From assembly GCA_963727445.1 (NCBI GenBank), contig CAVSGI010000015.1, positions 192,001-256,000 on the forward strand: a DNA stretch of 64,000 bases. Reading direction: 5' to 3'. A model generated the notes under the pieces. It had not been told where the DNA came from. It did no database searches and worked only from the letters and a program-made list of their open reading frames with translations. This stretch comes from an uncultured delta proteobacterium (GTDB lineage: Bacteria; Myxococcota_A; Polyangia; Polyangiales; B10-G4). Both the position numbers and the translations under genes were made by a program. Of this stretch, positions 8,627 to 19,141 are shown piece by piece (position 1 is the stretch's first letter; each line of letters begins with the position of its first letter).

Positions 8627-10027
8627 ATGGCCCGCACCATTCATTTCATCAGCCTCGGCTGCGCGAAGAATCGCGTGGACACCGAGGTGATGCTCGGGAC
8701 CTCGGACGAGGCGGGGTACGAGCTGGTGGCGGAGGCCGAGGACGCCGAGGTGATCGTCGTCAACACCTGCGGGTTCATCGGGCCGGCGAAGGAGGAGTCG
8801 ATCGACACCATCCTGCGCATGGGGCAGCTCAAGGAGTCGGGGCGCCTCGAGCAGCTGGTCGTCGCGGGCTGCCTCTCGCAGCGCTATCCCGATCAACTCG
8901 CAGCCGAGATGCCCGAGGTCGACCACTTCCTCGGCTCGAGCGACATGCTCAAGCTCCGGAGCGTCCTCGATGGCGGCGCGCCGCGCATGCTCGTCGGCAA
9001 CCCCGCCGACTGGACGATCCGCGCGACCGATCCGCGGCGCCTCTCCCTCCGCTCCCACAGCGCCTTCGTGAAGATCGCCGAAGGCTGTAACCGCACCTGC
9101 TCCTTCTGTGCGATCCCCGGCATCCGCGGCAAGCAGCGCTCGCGGCCCGTCGACGACGTGGTGCGCGAGGTGGAGCACCTGGTCGAGCTCGGCCTCGTCG
9201 AGGCGAATCTGGTCAGTCAGGATACGATCGCCTACGGGCGCGACCTCGACGGCCGTCCCACCCTCGCCGAGCTCACGGACGCGATCTCGAAGGTCGACGG
9301 ACTCGAGTGGGTGCGCCTGCACTACCTCTATCCCGAGAAGCTCACGGACGCCCTGGTCGAGGTGATCGCCGAGCGCGACAACGTCCTTCCCTACGTGGAC
9401 ATGCCGCTCCAGCACGCGTCGGACCCGATGCTCAAGCGCATGCGCCGCGGGCACGGCGGCGACCGGCTCTACCGCGTCGTCGAGCGCCTGCGCTCGCAGC
9501 TCCCCGACATGGTCTTCCGCACGACCTTCATCGTCGGCCACCCCGGCGAGACCGACACCGACTTCGACGAGCTCTTCCGATTCGTCGAGTGGGCCGAGTT
9601 CGATCACGTCGGTGTCTTCCTCTACTCGCACGAAGAGGACACGCGGAGCGGCGAGATGGAGGACCTCGTCCCCGACGAGGTGGCCAAAGCCCGGCACCGG
9701 CGCCTGATGAGCCTGCAGCGGCCCATCTCCCGGGCCAAGCTCCGGAGGCGCGTCGACACCGAGGTCGAGGTGCTCATCGACGGCGTCAGCGACGAGAGCG
9801 ACTTCCTCCTCGAAGGCCGCTTCTGGGGCCAGGCGCCCGAGGTCGACGGCAAGGTCTATCTGGCCAATTCCGGCGACGCCGACCCAAAGCCCGGCGAGAT
9901 CCGGCGGGCCTGGGTCACCGACGCCGCCGACTACGACCTTGTCGCCGATCTCCTCGGCCCGAACGGCGAGCGCGACAACCCCGAGGGCACGCCAGAGCGC
10001 CGCGTGCACCTACCGACAATCGACTGA
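8627..10027 (+). CDS. rimO: Ribosomal protein S12 methylthiotransferase RimO
   Basis: SLGCAKNRVD, VNTCGFI, radical SAM CNRTCSFC, YVDMPLQH, TRAM domain with QAPEVDG. Confidence 0.95.
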   Translation: MARTIHFISLGCAKNRVDTEVMLGTSDEAGYELVAEAEDAEVIVVNTCGFIGPAKEESIDTILRMGQLKESGRLEQLVVAGCLSQRYPDQLAAEMPEVDHFLGSSDMLKLRSVLDGGAPRMLVGNPADWTIRATDPRRLSLRSHSAFVKIAEGCNRTCSFCAIPGIRGKQRSRPVDDVVREVEHLVELGLVEANLVSQDTIAYGRDLDGRPTLAELTDAISKVDGLEWVRLHYLYPEKLTDALVEVIAERDNVLPYVDMPLQHASDPMLKRMRRGHGGDRLYRVVERLRSQLPDMVFRTTFIVGHPGETDTDFDELFRFVEWAEFDHVGVFLYSHEEDTRSGEMEDLVPDEVAKARHRRLMSLQRPISRAKLRRRVDTEVEVLIDGVSDESDFLLEGRFWGQAPEVDGKVYLANSGDADPKPGEIRRAWVTDAADYDLVADLLGPNGERDNPEGTPERRVHLPTID

Positions 10028-10048
10028 GATTCCGCACGGATCACTCGA

Positions 10049-10077
10049 TTGACTGGGCTCCCCCCCCGCCCTATAAA
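10049..10077 (+). promoter_or_regulatory. sigma70-type promoter of the ferredoxin gene
   Basis: TTGACT-17 bp-TATAAA, 30 bp upstream of the ATG at 10108. Confidence 0.7.
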
Positions 10078-10107
10078 CGGCGGGTTCTCACCGGAGACCA
10101 CTGGCAA

Positions 10108-10413
10108 ATGAGCACGTACATCACCTCCGATTGCATCAACTGCGGCGCCTGTGAGCCGGAGTGCCCGAACGAAGCCATCAGCGAGGGCGACGAGATCTAC
10201 GTGATCGACCCGAACCTCTGCACCGAGTGCGTCGGCTTCTACGATCACGAGGCCTGCCAGGCTGTCTGTCCGGTCGAGTGCTGCCTGCCGAACCCCGACC
10301 ATCGCGAAGAGGAGGGGGACCTGGTGCAGAAGGCGGTCAAGCTCCATCCGGACGACGCCGACCTCCAGGGCCGCGTCGATTCCGGCGACTTCCCCTCCCG
10401 CTTCCGGAAGTAG
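10108..10413 (+). CDS. YfhL-family 2[4Fe-4S] ferredoxin
   Basis: CINCGACEPECP..AIS..IDPNLCTECVGF...CQAVCPVEC; RBS GGAG upstream. Confidence 0.93.
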   Translation: MSTYITSDCINCGACEPECPNEAISEGDEIYVIDPNLCTECVGFYDHEACQAVCPVECCLPNPDHREEEGDLVQKAVKLHPDDADLQGRVDSGDFPSRFRK

Positions 10414-10420
10414 AGCGCTC

Positions 10421-11146
10421 ATGTCCCGAGCGGCGCGACCGCTCGCGACCCTGGCGCTGATCTGCGCGGCCGGTTGCGCGCCCGCCATCCCCGTCTGGGG
10501 TGGCGCGACCACCACGCCGCGCGGCCGCAGCGACATCTCTCTCGGCGGGGCCGCGCGCGTCGGCCTCGGCGGGATGAGCCCGGAGGGTGTGCCCGCGGAG
10601 ATCGCGCCCTACGTTCGAAAGGCGCAGGGCAGCGGCGTCGCGCCCGCAGGCGCCTTTCGCTACGGCGTCGCCGACCACACCGATCTCGGGCTCACCGTCT
10701 CCGGCCCCCTGGCCCGCCTCGACGTCCGGCAGGAGCTGATCCTCTCGAACGATCTGGTTCACATCGCCCTGGTCGGCGGCATCGGCCCGTACGTGGGCTG
10801 GCTGGGCTCCCAGGTCGATGGCGAAGGCGGCGCCCGCGTCGGCGCCGACGTCCCGCTCCTCCTCGGTATCGACGCGCTTTCGTTCTTGCAGCTCTGGATC
10901 GGCGCCCGCGTCGGGATCGAGCACGCCTTCGGCGACCTCGAGTCGATGGGAACGATCCAATCGGCGAGCGCCACCGGCTTCCGCATCGGCGGCGTCTTCG
11001 GGTTGGCGCTCGGATTCCGGCACCTGTGGGTGATGCTCGAGCTCACGGGCGGATGGGAGACCTGGTCCGGCGACCTCGGTGCGACGCCGATCAACACCAG
11101 CGGCGCGGTCCTCGTCCCGACCTTCGGGCTGCGCTACCGGATCTGA
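10421..11146 (+). CDS. Lipoprotein, probable outer-membrane beta-stranded protein
   Basis: Lipobox AAG-C; Gly-rich amphipathic strands; terminal FGLRYRI. Confidence 0.6.
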   Translation: MSRAARPLATLALICAAGCAPAIPVWGGATTTPRGRSDISLGGAARVGLGGMSPEGVPAEIAPYVRKAQGSGVAPAGAFRYGVADHTDLGLTVSGPLARLDVRQELILSNDLVHIALVGGIGPYVGWLGSQVDGEGGARVGADVPLLLGIDALSFLQLWIGARVGIEHAFGDLESMGTIQSASATGFRIGGVFGLALGFRHLWVMLELTGGWETWSGDLGATPINTSGAVLVPTFGLRYRI

Positions 11147-11147
11147 A

Positions 11148-14100
11148 TCAGCGCGCGCACGGATGTTCGGGGTCGGGTGCACGCACCACGGCGCGCCCGC
11201 TCTCCCACACGACGGGGATCCGTTCCCACACCGCGCGCAGGACCTCACAGCGCTCTTCCTGGAATGGCGCGAGGTTCCAGGTCACGTATCGCCCGAGAAG
11301 GCTCGCCGCGTGCAGGCGCGGGCCGTCGAGGAGGATGTGGGCGATCGAACCGTGCAGGCGGATGCGCTGGAGAAGGGCACCGCTCGGCCCCCAGATGCCG
11401 AGCGTGCCGTCGGCGAAGCCCACCACGACGGTGCGTGAAGGCCCGAGGATCATGCGGGTCACGGGGCTCGGCGGCGTCTGCTCGAAGGCGGGGCTTGGCT
11501 CCTCGCCGGCGAGCGCGTGGACCTCGAAGTTGCCGTCGGTGTAGCCCACTGCCAGCCGCTCCGCGTCGGCGGCGATGGCGGTGAGCCCCGTCCCGTCGAG
11601 AGCGAGGAGCTCGTGCATGGCGCCTCCATCCGCGGGGACCTCGTAGATCGCCGCGCCGGTCGCGGCCAGGAGCGTTCCCTCCGCGCTCGAGGCGATGGCG
11701 AGGGCCTCCGCGCCGCCAGGTGAGATCTCGTGGGCGCTCTCGGCGTCGGCGATCCGCACCACGCCCTCGAAGAGGGTGGCGCAGGCATCGGGAAGGGCCA
11801 CCACCTCCGGAGCCTCGCCGACGCCTCGCTCCCAGAGCCGGGTATCCGAAGCCGTGTCCCACGCCACCAGATGACCATCCCGCGTCGCGAGGCAGAGGCG
11901 GGATCCCGATGCGCTTCCCCCCCGGGCCTCGAGCGCAGCGCGCGCCCACTCGGCGTCGATGGTGAGCGGCTGGTCGGTCACCAGATCCCGAAACCCCATG
12001 TGCGTCGCGAGGCGCGCCGGCGAGCCGAGCATCACCGGCGCTCGCCAAGCGGGCTCGCCGGTGGCGACGTCGAACGCGCGTACCACGCCGCCGTCTGAGC
12101 CGGTCACGAGCATGCTCCCGTCGCGGCTCAAAGCGACCGTGTTCACCTCCTTCGGATGAACGATGGTGCGCGTCTCCTCCGTGCCCAGACGCCTGAGGCG
12201 CGCCGTGCCGTCAGCGCTGCCGCTGGCGATCCACTCCCCCGGCGCGTCAGCGACGCCGTACACGATCCCTTCGTGGGTGATCGCCACCTCGCTCTCGCTC
12301 GTCGCGAGGTCCCAGAGCCGCACCAGACGATCGTGACCGCCGGTCACGAAGCGCCCGCCGTCGGAGATGAACACCACGTCCTCGGTGCCCCCCGCATGAC
12401 CGTCCAGCTGAAGTGGCGCCGCGCCCGAGGCGATGTCCCAGATCAATATGGGACCCTGAGTCGATGCCGCGGCCAGGTGACGGCCGTCCGGCGAGAAGGC
12501 GAGGCTGCCCATCTGCTCCACGCCCTCGAGCTCGCGGAGGATCCGAGTCGTCGCGAGGTCGTAGATGCGCACCACGCCGGCCTCGAGCGCGACGGCCATC
12601 GTGGCGCCATCGGGGCTCACCGCCAGCCTCCCATACGGCTCGACGCCGGGCGTCGTCGCCTCGCGCGTCACCGTCCCCGCGTGCGTGTCCCAGATGCGAA
12701 CGTTCCCTTCGTTGCTCAGGGTGAGGAGCTCGTCGCCGTCGGGGGTGAATGCGAGGGAGCTGACCTGCATCGGGCTATGACCTCTGAGGCGCGCCCGCAC
12801 CGAACCGCTCGGCGCGTCCCAAAGGAGCACCAGGCCGTCCGCGCCCGCCGACGCGATGGTGCGGCCGTCCGGGCTGACCTGGACCTCGAGGATGTTCCCG
12901 TCGTGACCCGCCGTGTCGAGACGGGGAGCGATCGCCAAATCCACGATCCTGAGAGGCATCCCGAGGGAGGAGATGGCGAGGCGCCGGCCCTCCGCGGGAA
13001 AGCTCACGCCGCGGACCGCGCCCGCACCGAGCTCCCGTCGCTCGAGCAGCTCTCCCGCGGCCGGATCCCAGAGCCCGATCGCTCCATCGTGCGATGCCGA
13101 CACCAAGAGCTCCCCGTCGCCGCTCCACGCGACCTCGCTCACCCGCGCGCGGTGGGCGCGGAGAACCGCGCTCGGCTCGCCGCTGGCGAGGTCCCAGATC
13201 CGGATCGTGTTGTCGCTCCCGCTGCTCGCCAGGCGCGCGCCGTCGGGGGAGAAGCGCACTGAGAGCACGCTGCCCTCGTGACCGTTCAGCCGCCGGCGCT
13301 CCTCGCCGGTCTCGGGATCGTAGAGGTGGATCACCCCGCTGTCGCCGCCGCTCGCCAGCAGCGCGCCGTCCGGCGAGAAGTGGGCGCTCCGCAGCTGGGT
13401 GTCGTCGCCGATCGTGCGAGCCTGTGGCGTCTGCCCCACGCTCCAGATGCGCAGACCATCGGCCGCCGCGGTGGCCAGGACCTCCGAGCTCGGATCGAAG
13501 TCCAGGTCGAAGACGATGCCGCCGTGTTGCATCGCGCCCGTCATCAGCTCGCCCGTCTCCCGTCGCCACACGCGGGCGTCGCCGGTCAGGCTCCCCGCCG
13601 CGACCAGGCTGCCGTCGTGGGAGAAGCCGACCGCGAAGGCCGAGCCCTCGAGGCCGCGCAGGCTGCGGATCGCGCCGGTGTCGGCGTCGACCAGATACGC
13701 CGGGCCGCTCATGCGGGAGGCGACGAGGGTGTGCCCATCCGGCGCAAAGGCGACGCGGTACGCCGACAGATCGGAGTCGCTCTGCCAGACCAGCGGCTCG
13801 CGGGCGAGCACCCAGTAGAGCCCGCGCGCCATGGTCGAGTCCTGCGCCTCCATGGCGGTGCGGAGCTTGGCGCGCGCTTCGAGCACCGCGCCGCGGGCGA
13901 GCGCCGAGCGGGCGCCTTCGCGGAGCGCTTCGGCCCGTTGCTCCTCGGCGCGCGCGCGCTGCTCCTCGGCGTGATCGCGGAGCGCGTCGGCTTGCTGCTT
14001 CTGCACCGCCATCACCACCGTGACGATGGCGAGGAGCGACACCCCGAGCAGGGCGAAGGCGCGCTTCTGCCAGGTGCGCCGGCGCTCGCGCCGCTGGCCC

Positions 14101-16340
14101 GCGTCGAGGAAGGCGTCGACCATCGTGGGGACGGTGGTGGCGCAGCGCGCCCGCGACCGGAGCGCATCGGCGAGGGCCTGCCCCTCCCAGAGCTCGGCGT
14201 CGCGCTTGCCACGCCGTGACCAGAGCTCGGCCGCCTGAGTGACCTCCGCCAGGAACTCCAGCTCTTCGGCGCTGGCGTCGATCCACTCCGAGAGCGTCTT
14301 CCATGTGTGTACCAGCGACTCGTGCGCCAGCTCGAGGGTCGCGTCGTCGCCCTCGCGGCTCCGCGACGCCTGCACGAGACGCGCATCGGTGAGGCGTTCG
14401 AGGACGCGGCCGGCGTCCGGGCCCAACCCCGCGAGCGCTCGCGTACGCGAGGCGATCTGCCGGGTCCGTTGCGGCGTGACCAGGCGGAGGAGGATCTCGC
14501 GGGCGAGGTTGAGATCCGCCGCGCCGAGACCCGCCAAGACGCCATCGGCGTGACGCGCCAGCGCGCCTTCGACGCCGCCCAGGCGCTCGTACTCCGCGCG
14601 GAGCAGCGTCTTGTGATCGCGATCGCGATGCTCCCAGAGCATCTGCGCGGTGAACTCGAGGAGCGGGAGGCACGCCGGCTCCCCCTGCACCGCCGCCACC
14701 ATCTCCTCCGGCAGGGCGTCGTCTTCGTAGCGATAGCCCGCCAGCTCGAGAGGCCGCGTGAGGATGTCGAGGAGCGACGCGGGCTCGGGACGCGCGAGGG
14801 GATGCACGGCAGCGAGCGCGCTGGCGGCGTCGCTCACGGGGATCCGGCCGAGGAAGTCGTCGCGGACGGTGTAGAGGAAGCGCACCGGCTCCTCTTGATC
14901 GTCGGCGGCGCTGGTGAGGGCCTGCAGAAAACGCGCGGCCTCTTCCGGATCCGCGAGGGTGAAGAGCTCCTCGAGCTGATCGACGAAGAGCAGCACGCGG
15001 GTGCCCGTCTCCTCGGCGATGCGCCGCACGCGCACGCCGATCCCCGAAGTCTCCGCCTCGAGCGCGTGGGCGAGCGCGACGCTCGGCGTCGGTCCCGTGT
15101 CGGACCCGGTGGACGAGGTCGGCGTCGTCGACACACCGGATGCTTCCGCGCGCAGGAGGCTGGTGGCCAGCGACTTCATCGGCGCACCTGCCGGTCTGAT
15201 GCGGACGATGGTCCACCGCTCCTGCTCGCGCAGGCGCGGGATCACCCCCGCCTCCACCAGCGAGCTCTTTCCGGCGCCCGACGGTCCGACGACGGCGACC
15301 ACCGGCTGGGTGCGCAAGCGCTCCACGATGGCGTCCACGTCGGCGTCGCGCCCGAAGAAGACGTCGGCGTGACGCTCGCGAAAGGCGAGGAGCCCGCGGA
15401 AAGGGCTCTCCTCCGGGGCACGGGCGCGGTGGCCCTCGAGCATCAGGTCGCGCAGGGCGGTGGCGAGCTCGGCGCTGGTGGGGCGGGCGTCGGGGCTCCC
15501 CGAGAGGCAACGCTTGATCAGGGTCTTCAGTGCCGGGGGAAGGTCGTCGCCCTCGAGCTCCGGGGCTTCGCCGAGGAGCACCGCCGCGCCCAGCTCCGAC
15601 AGATCGCGTTGAGGAAAAGGGACGCGCCCCGACAGGAGCCGGAAGAGCAAGGCGCCGAAAGACCACACGTCGGTGGCGGCCGTGCCCAGCTCGCCACCCC
15701 AGCGCTCGGGCGCCATGTAAGGCGGCGTTCCCTGAAAGCCCTTCTTCGCCATCGGCGCCTCGCCGCCCGCCATGGTGGCGAGGCCGAAGTCGAGGAGGCG
15801 GATCCGACCGTCCGAGCCGACGAGGACGTTGCTCGGCTTGAGGTCGCGGTGGACGACGCCGTGGCGGTGCGCGTCCTCGAGCCCCTGGGCGATGGCGAGC
15901 CCGATGCGGAGCGCTTCGGCGATGCCGAGGCTGCCGCGCCCGCGGATGCGCGCCGAGAGCGTCTCGCCCTCCACGTACTCGAGAGCGACGTAGGGGTAGC
16001 CGTCGTGATCGCCGACGCCGTGGATGGTGAGGATGTTGGGGTGGTTCAGGCGCGCCATGGCGCGCGCCTCCTGATGGAAGCGGCGCACAGCGTCATCGGA
16101 GCCGAGGAGCGAGGCGTGCACCATCTTGAGCGCCACCCGCCGGCCGAGCTTGGTGTCGCGGGCGAGGTAGACCTCCCCCATTCCGCCGTGGCCGAGCCGG
16201 CGCATGACGCGGAAGTGGTCGACCATCGCCCCGCGGCTCAGCTGCGGTGGCGTGCTCTCCGGCTTCGGGCGCGCCTCGCTCGGCGCGCCGGGTCGCGGCG
16301 CGTCCACCTGAGTCTCGGTCGCATCGGCGTCTTTCCCCAC
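11148..16340 (-). CDS. Ser/Thr kinase - STAND (nSTAND1-like) NTPase - TM - WD40 repeat protein
   Basis: GHGGMGEV, VALK, HRDLKPSN, DFG, APE; SPFRGL..F..FFGR, GPSGAGKSS, LFVDQLEELF; TM AFALLGVSLLAIVTVVMAV; many GH...FSPDG..LASG..IRIWD repeats. Confidence 0.93.
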   Translation of the reverse strand: MGKDADATETQVDAPRPGAPSEARPKPESTPPQLSRGAMVDHFRVMRRLGHGGMGEVYLARDTKLGRRVALKMVHASLLGSDDAVRRFHQEARAMARLNHPNILTIHGVGDHDGYPYVALEYVEGETLSARIRGRGSLGIAEALRIGLAIAQGLEDAHRHGVVHRDLKPSNVLVGSDGRIRLLDFGLATMAGGEAPMAKKGFQGTPPYMAPERWGGELGTAATDVWSFGALLFRLLSGRVPFPQRDLSELGAAVLLGEAPELEGDDLPPALKTLIKRCLSGSPDARPTSAELATALRDLMLEGHRARAPEESPFRGLLAFRERHADVFFGRDADVDAIVERLRTQPVVAVVGPSGAGKSSLVEAGVIPRLREQERWTIVRIRPAGAPMKSLATSLLRAEASGVSTTPTSSTGSDTGPTPSVALAHALEAETSGIGVRVRRIAEETGTRVLLFVDQLEELFTLADPEEAARFLQALTSAADDQEEPVRFLYTVRDDFLGRIPVSDAASALAAVHPLARPEPASLLDILTRPLELAGYRYEDDALPEEMVAAVQGEPACLPLLEFTAQMLWEHRDRDHKTLLRAEYERLGGVEGALARHADGVLAGLGAADLNLAREILLRLVTPQRTRQIASRTRALAGLGPDAGRVLERLTDARLVQASRSREGDDATLELAHESLVHTWKTLSEWIDASAEELEFLAEVTQAAELWSRRGKRDAELWEGQALADALRSRARCATTVPTMVDAFLDAGQRRERRRTWQKRAFALLGVSLLAIVTVVMAVQKQQADALRDHAEEQRARAEEQRAEALREGARSALARGAVLEARAKLRTAMEAQDSTMARGLYWVLAREPLVWQSDSDLSAYRVAFAPDGHTLVASRMSGPAYLVDADTGAIRSLRGLEGSAFAVGFSHDGSLVAAGSLTGDARVWRRETGELMTGAMQHGGIVFDLDFDPSSEVLATAAADGLRIWSVGQTPQARTIGDDTQLRSAHFSPDGALLASGGDSGVIHLYDPETGEERRRLNGHEGSVLSVRFSPDGARLASSGSDNTIRIWDLASGEPSAVLRAHRARVSEVAWSGDGELLVSASHDGAIGLWDPAAGELLERRELGAGAVRGVSFPAEGRRLAISSLGMPLRIVDLAIAPRLDTAGHDGNILEVQVSPDGRTIASAGADGLVLLWDAPSGSVRARLRGHSPMQVSSLAFTPDGDELLTLSNEGNVRIWDTHAGTVTREATTPGVEPYGRLAVSPDGATMAVALEAGVVRIYDLATTRILRELEGVEQMGSLAFSPDGRHLAAASTQGPILIWDIASGAAPLQLDGHAGGTEDVVFISDGGRFVTGGHDRLVRLWDLATSESEVAITHEGIVYGVADAPGEWIASGSADGTARLRRLGTEETRTIVHPKEVNTVALSRDGSMLVTGSDGGVVRAFDVATGEPAWRAPVMLGSPARLATHMGFRDLVTDQPLTIDAEWARAALEARGGSASGSRLCLATRDGHLVAWDTASDTRLWERGVGEAPEVVALPDACATLFEGVVRIADAESAHEISPGGAEALAIASSAEGTLLAATGAAIYEVPADGGAMHELLALDGTGLTAIAADAERLAVGYTDGNFEVHALAGEEPSPAFEQTPPSPVTRMILGPSRTVVVGFADGTLGIWGPSGALLQRIRLHGSIAHILLDGPRLHAASLLGRYVTWNLAPFQEERCEVLRAVWERIPVVWESGRAVVRAPDPEHPCAR

Positions 16341-16391
16341 CCCACCTCGACGATATCACCGGCGTGAGCGGTGCTTCACGGAAAGGTGTCG

Positions 16392-18317
16392 TCAGCGCAT
16401 GCGACGCGCGGCGTAACTGGACATCACCTTCGCCAGTTCGTCCCGGTCGCTCCGATCGAGGTCGACCCACGCGTGGCTCACGAGCTGGGCATAGCGCTCG
16501 AGCATGGCGCCGTCGCGCGCGAGTTGGGCGTCGTCCCAACGGTGGGCGGCGGCGCGGAGCACGTCGGCGCGCTCTTCGAGGACCGCCTGCGCCAGGTGCT
16601 GCTCCGATCGATCCATGAGGCGCGACGCGTGCGCCAATGCTTCCGCCGCCTGGAAGGACAGGACGATCCGCTTCACCTCGCGGCTGGTCGACGCGATCAC
16701 TTCGCGACGGTCGGCGACGCGCCTGGCGCGCACCTCGCTCTCCTCGTGTCCGTTCCGATCGCGAACCAGATCCTTGTAGTCGAGGTAGACCCTCGCGATG
16801 TCGAGGTCACTTCCCCGAGTCCCAGGGGGCACCGCGAGCTGGAAGAGGATCACGTGGTCGTCGCCCCGACGAAAGGTCGGAAGATGCATTCGGATCCCCG
16901 TCGCCTCCTCGGCGCGATCGGCAGCGATGCCGAGCTCTTCGGCGACCCGCGCGTCGGTGGCGAGCTCGGTGGTTCGCACCTTGGTTCGCTCCGAGCCGCT
17001 CAGCGCGCGAGAGCCGTAGACCTTCGAGACCTCGACGCCCGGCGCGAGCTCGACGCGGATGCGAAGCGCTTGCGCGACGGCCTGTGCCCGCTCGTCGAGC
17101 TCGTCGGTGAGCACGTCGTCGATGTCTGCGGCGTCACGGATGAAGTGGTAGCTGCCCGATCCCTCGCGGGCGATGGTCAACATCGTGTTCTCGTCGAAGT
17201 CCCTGCCGACGCCGATCGTCGTCGTGAGGACGCCATGCTCGTCGAAGAGGGAGCGCGCGAGCCCGCCGAGGACGCGGGGCGAGATGACGCCGTCGGTCGC
17301 CCGGCCGTCGCTCACGAGGAGAACCAGCCCCACGTCGTCGGGGCGTCGGCGCTCGGGAGGATGTTCGAGCGCGAGGCGCAACCCGGCCTCGAGGTTGGTG
17401 CCGCCGCCCGCTTCGATCGTGGACAGGGCGCGCCGGGCCGCGGCGCCCGATCCAACGCGGCCGGGCGGGAGCACGAGGTGCGCCTCGGTCTCGTAGGTGA
17501 TGATCCCGATTCGGTCGCTCGGACGGAGCCGCGCGACGAGGCGCCGGGCCGCGACGAGTGCGTGCCGGAGCTTGTCACGGGCCATCGACCCGCTCACGTC
17601 GAGGACGATGCGCACGTCCACGTGGGGCCGTCGGGGACGCTCGCCGCGCTGGCCGACAAGCGTGATCGCGAGGTGAACCAGGTCTCCATCGGAGGAGACC
17701 CGCGGACGCTCCAGCTCGGTGTGGAGCGCCACCGCCCGATCCCTCGGCACGGCGTAGGGCAGGCTCTGGCGATCTTCGAAAGCGCCGACCCGCACGCGCT
17801 GTCCATCGACCAACACCCCCATCTCGAGGAGCTCTTCGAGGCGCGCGCGCACTCCATTGCCCGAGATGAAGTTGTTTTCGAGGACCGCATTCGCGTCGAT
17901 GGGCCCGCCGTAGCCGATGTTCATCCGGGCATGCTCCTCGGGGATCAGCTGGCGGAGACGGCCGAGGTCGTCACCGCCGAGCACCCCGAGGGCGCTCGTC
18001 GGATCGTTTCCCGAGGCGGCGTCGTAGTCGTAGGGGTCGTTCAGCAGCGCTGCCGTCCCGACGTCGGAATCCCTCACCACGGCGTTTTCGGCGATGAGGT
18101 ACTCGGGCTCGTCGCCTCGACTCGCGAGGAGATCACGCAGCGTCTGGTCGTCCGCCTTCATCCGCTCGGTCACCTCGTAGATCGTCGGGTCGGTGAGCAG
18201 CTGCATCGCCGCCACGGCGCCGCCGATCACCAACGCGGCGACCGTCACGGAGCCGAGCACGCGCCGCTCCACGATCGGTCCGCGGCGTCGTACGCGCCGC
18301 GCGTCCTCGTCCTTCAT
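16392..18317 (-). CDS. Membrane-anchored VWA-domain protein (YfbK-like)
   Basis: N-terminal TM; IVLDVSGSM MIDAS, GGGTNL, LLVSDG, TTIGVG.DFDE. Confidence 0.85.
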   Translation of the reverse strand: MKDEDARRVRRRGPIVERRVLGSVTVAALVIGGAVAAMQLLTDPTIYEVTERMKADDQTLRDLLASRGDEPEYLIAENAVVRDSDVGTAALLNDPYDYDAASGNDPTSALGVLGGDDLGRLRQLIPEEHARMNIGYGGPIDANAVLENNFISGNGVRARLEELLEMGVLVDGQRVRVGAFEDRQSLPYAVPRDRAVALHTELERPRVSSDGDLVHLAITLVGQRGERPRRPHVDVRIVLDVSGSMARDKLRHALVAARRLVARLRPSDRIGIITYETEAHLVLPPGRVGSGAAARRALSTIEAGGGTNLEAGLRLALEHPPERRRPDDVGLVLLVSDGRATDGVISPRVLGGLARSLFDEHGVLTTTIGVGRDFDENTMLTIAREGSGSYHFIRDAADIDDVLTDELDERAQAVAQALRIRVELAPGVEVSKVYGSRALSGSERTKVRTTELATDARVAEELGIAADRAEEATGIRMHLPTFRRGDDHVILFQLAVPPGTRGSDLDIARVYLDYKDLVRDRNGHEESEVRARRVADRREVIASTSREVKRIVLSFQAAEALAHASRLMDRSEQHLAQAVLEERADVLRAAAHRWDDAQLARDGAMLERYAQLVSHAWVDLDRSDRDELAKVMSSYAARRMR

Positions 18318-18371
18318 GGAGCTTGGGACACCCCCCTGGGGGCGTTGTTCCCGAGCTCTGTGGACGGCGGC

Positions 18372-18902
18372 TCAGGCCTTGGCGTGGCCGCGAGTCATCA
18401 TCTGGATCTTCTCACCGATGAATGCACCGAAGAGTGTGACCATGACGCCGAGGAGGCCGCCGATGATGTAGGCCAGCGGAGAGAGCTGCGCGACGATGTC
18501 GATGTGCAGGAGCCACAGGATGGTCGGGATGACCGCCAGGAAGGCGCCGACCGCCGGCTCGATGAATGTCTTCCCGGGCGAGATGAAGCCGACGATGATC
18601 CCGCCGACGAACCAGATGATGGCGGAGATGACCATCCCGGGCAGGCCCTGGAAGTCGATGGGCTCGACCGCGACGTCGAGGCCGATGAGGAAGATCACCT
18701 GCAGGACGAGGTAGACGCCGAAGGAGATGAACGCCCACTTCCATTCGAAGTTGTCCTGCTGATGGCGCCTGGCGTACTCCTCTTCTTCCGTCAGGTCCGA
18801 ATTGCTGAGGGCCTCGACCCGAGCACCACAGCTGGCGCAGCGCGCCGCCGTGGACGGGTTCTTGAAGCCACACATCGGGCAGACGATTTCCTTGGCTGCC
18901 AT
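18372..18902 (-). CDS. Zinc-ribbon plus 4-TM membrane protein
   Basis: CPMCG.KN...RCASCG followed by four hydrophobic segments. Confidence 0.8.
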   Translation of the reverse strand: MAAKEIVCPMCGFKNPSTAARCASCGARVEALSNSDLTEEEEYARRHQQDNFEWKWAFISFGVYLVLQVIFLIGLDVAVEPIDFQGLPGMVISAIIWFVGGIIVGFISPGKTFIEPAVGAFLAVIPTILWLLHIDIVAQLSPLAYIIGGLLGVMVTLFGAFIGEKIQMMTRGHAKA

Positions 18903-19141
18903 TCTAATCCTCGCTCGAAGGGTGACATTACACGATGAGGCCGGGCGGGAGCGCAAGACTTTGGACGCAATTTCGGTGGGGGTGGGACACTCTGCCTCGG
19001 TCGTGAGGGCCTCTCGCCTCCCGCTCTATTTGCCGTATCGCCCCCAGGACCCAAGGACTTCCGGGTGCTCTTGATCCACCATAGGGGCCCGGCCCGCACT
19101 TCTCGCATCGGGGGCAAGACGCCCCTCAGAGCCTTCTCGCC

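Noticed and set aside
12775..15666. Long alternative-frame and antisense ORFs (for example 963 aa here, 855 aa at 16371, 890 aa at 28976, 749 aa at 58041)
   Set aside because: Arg/Pro/Ala-rich shadows expected at about 70% GC; they overlap well-supported genes and have no motifs.
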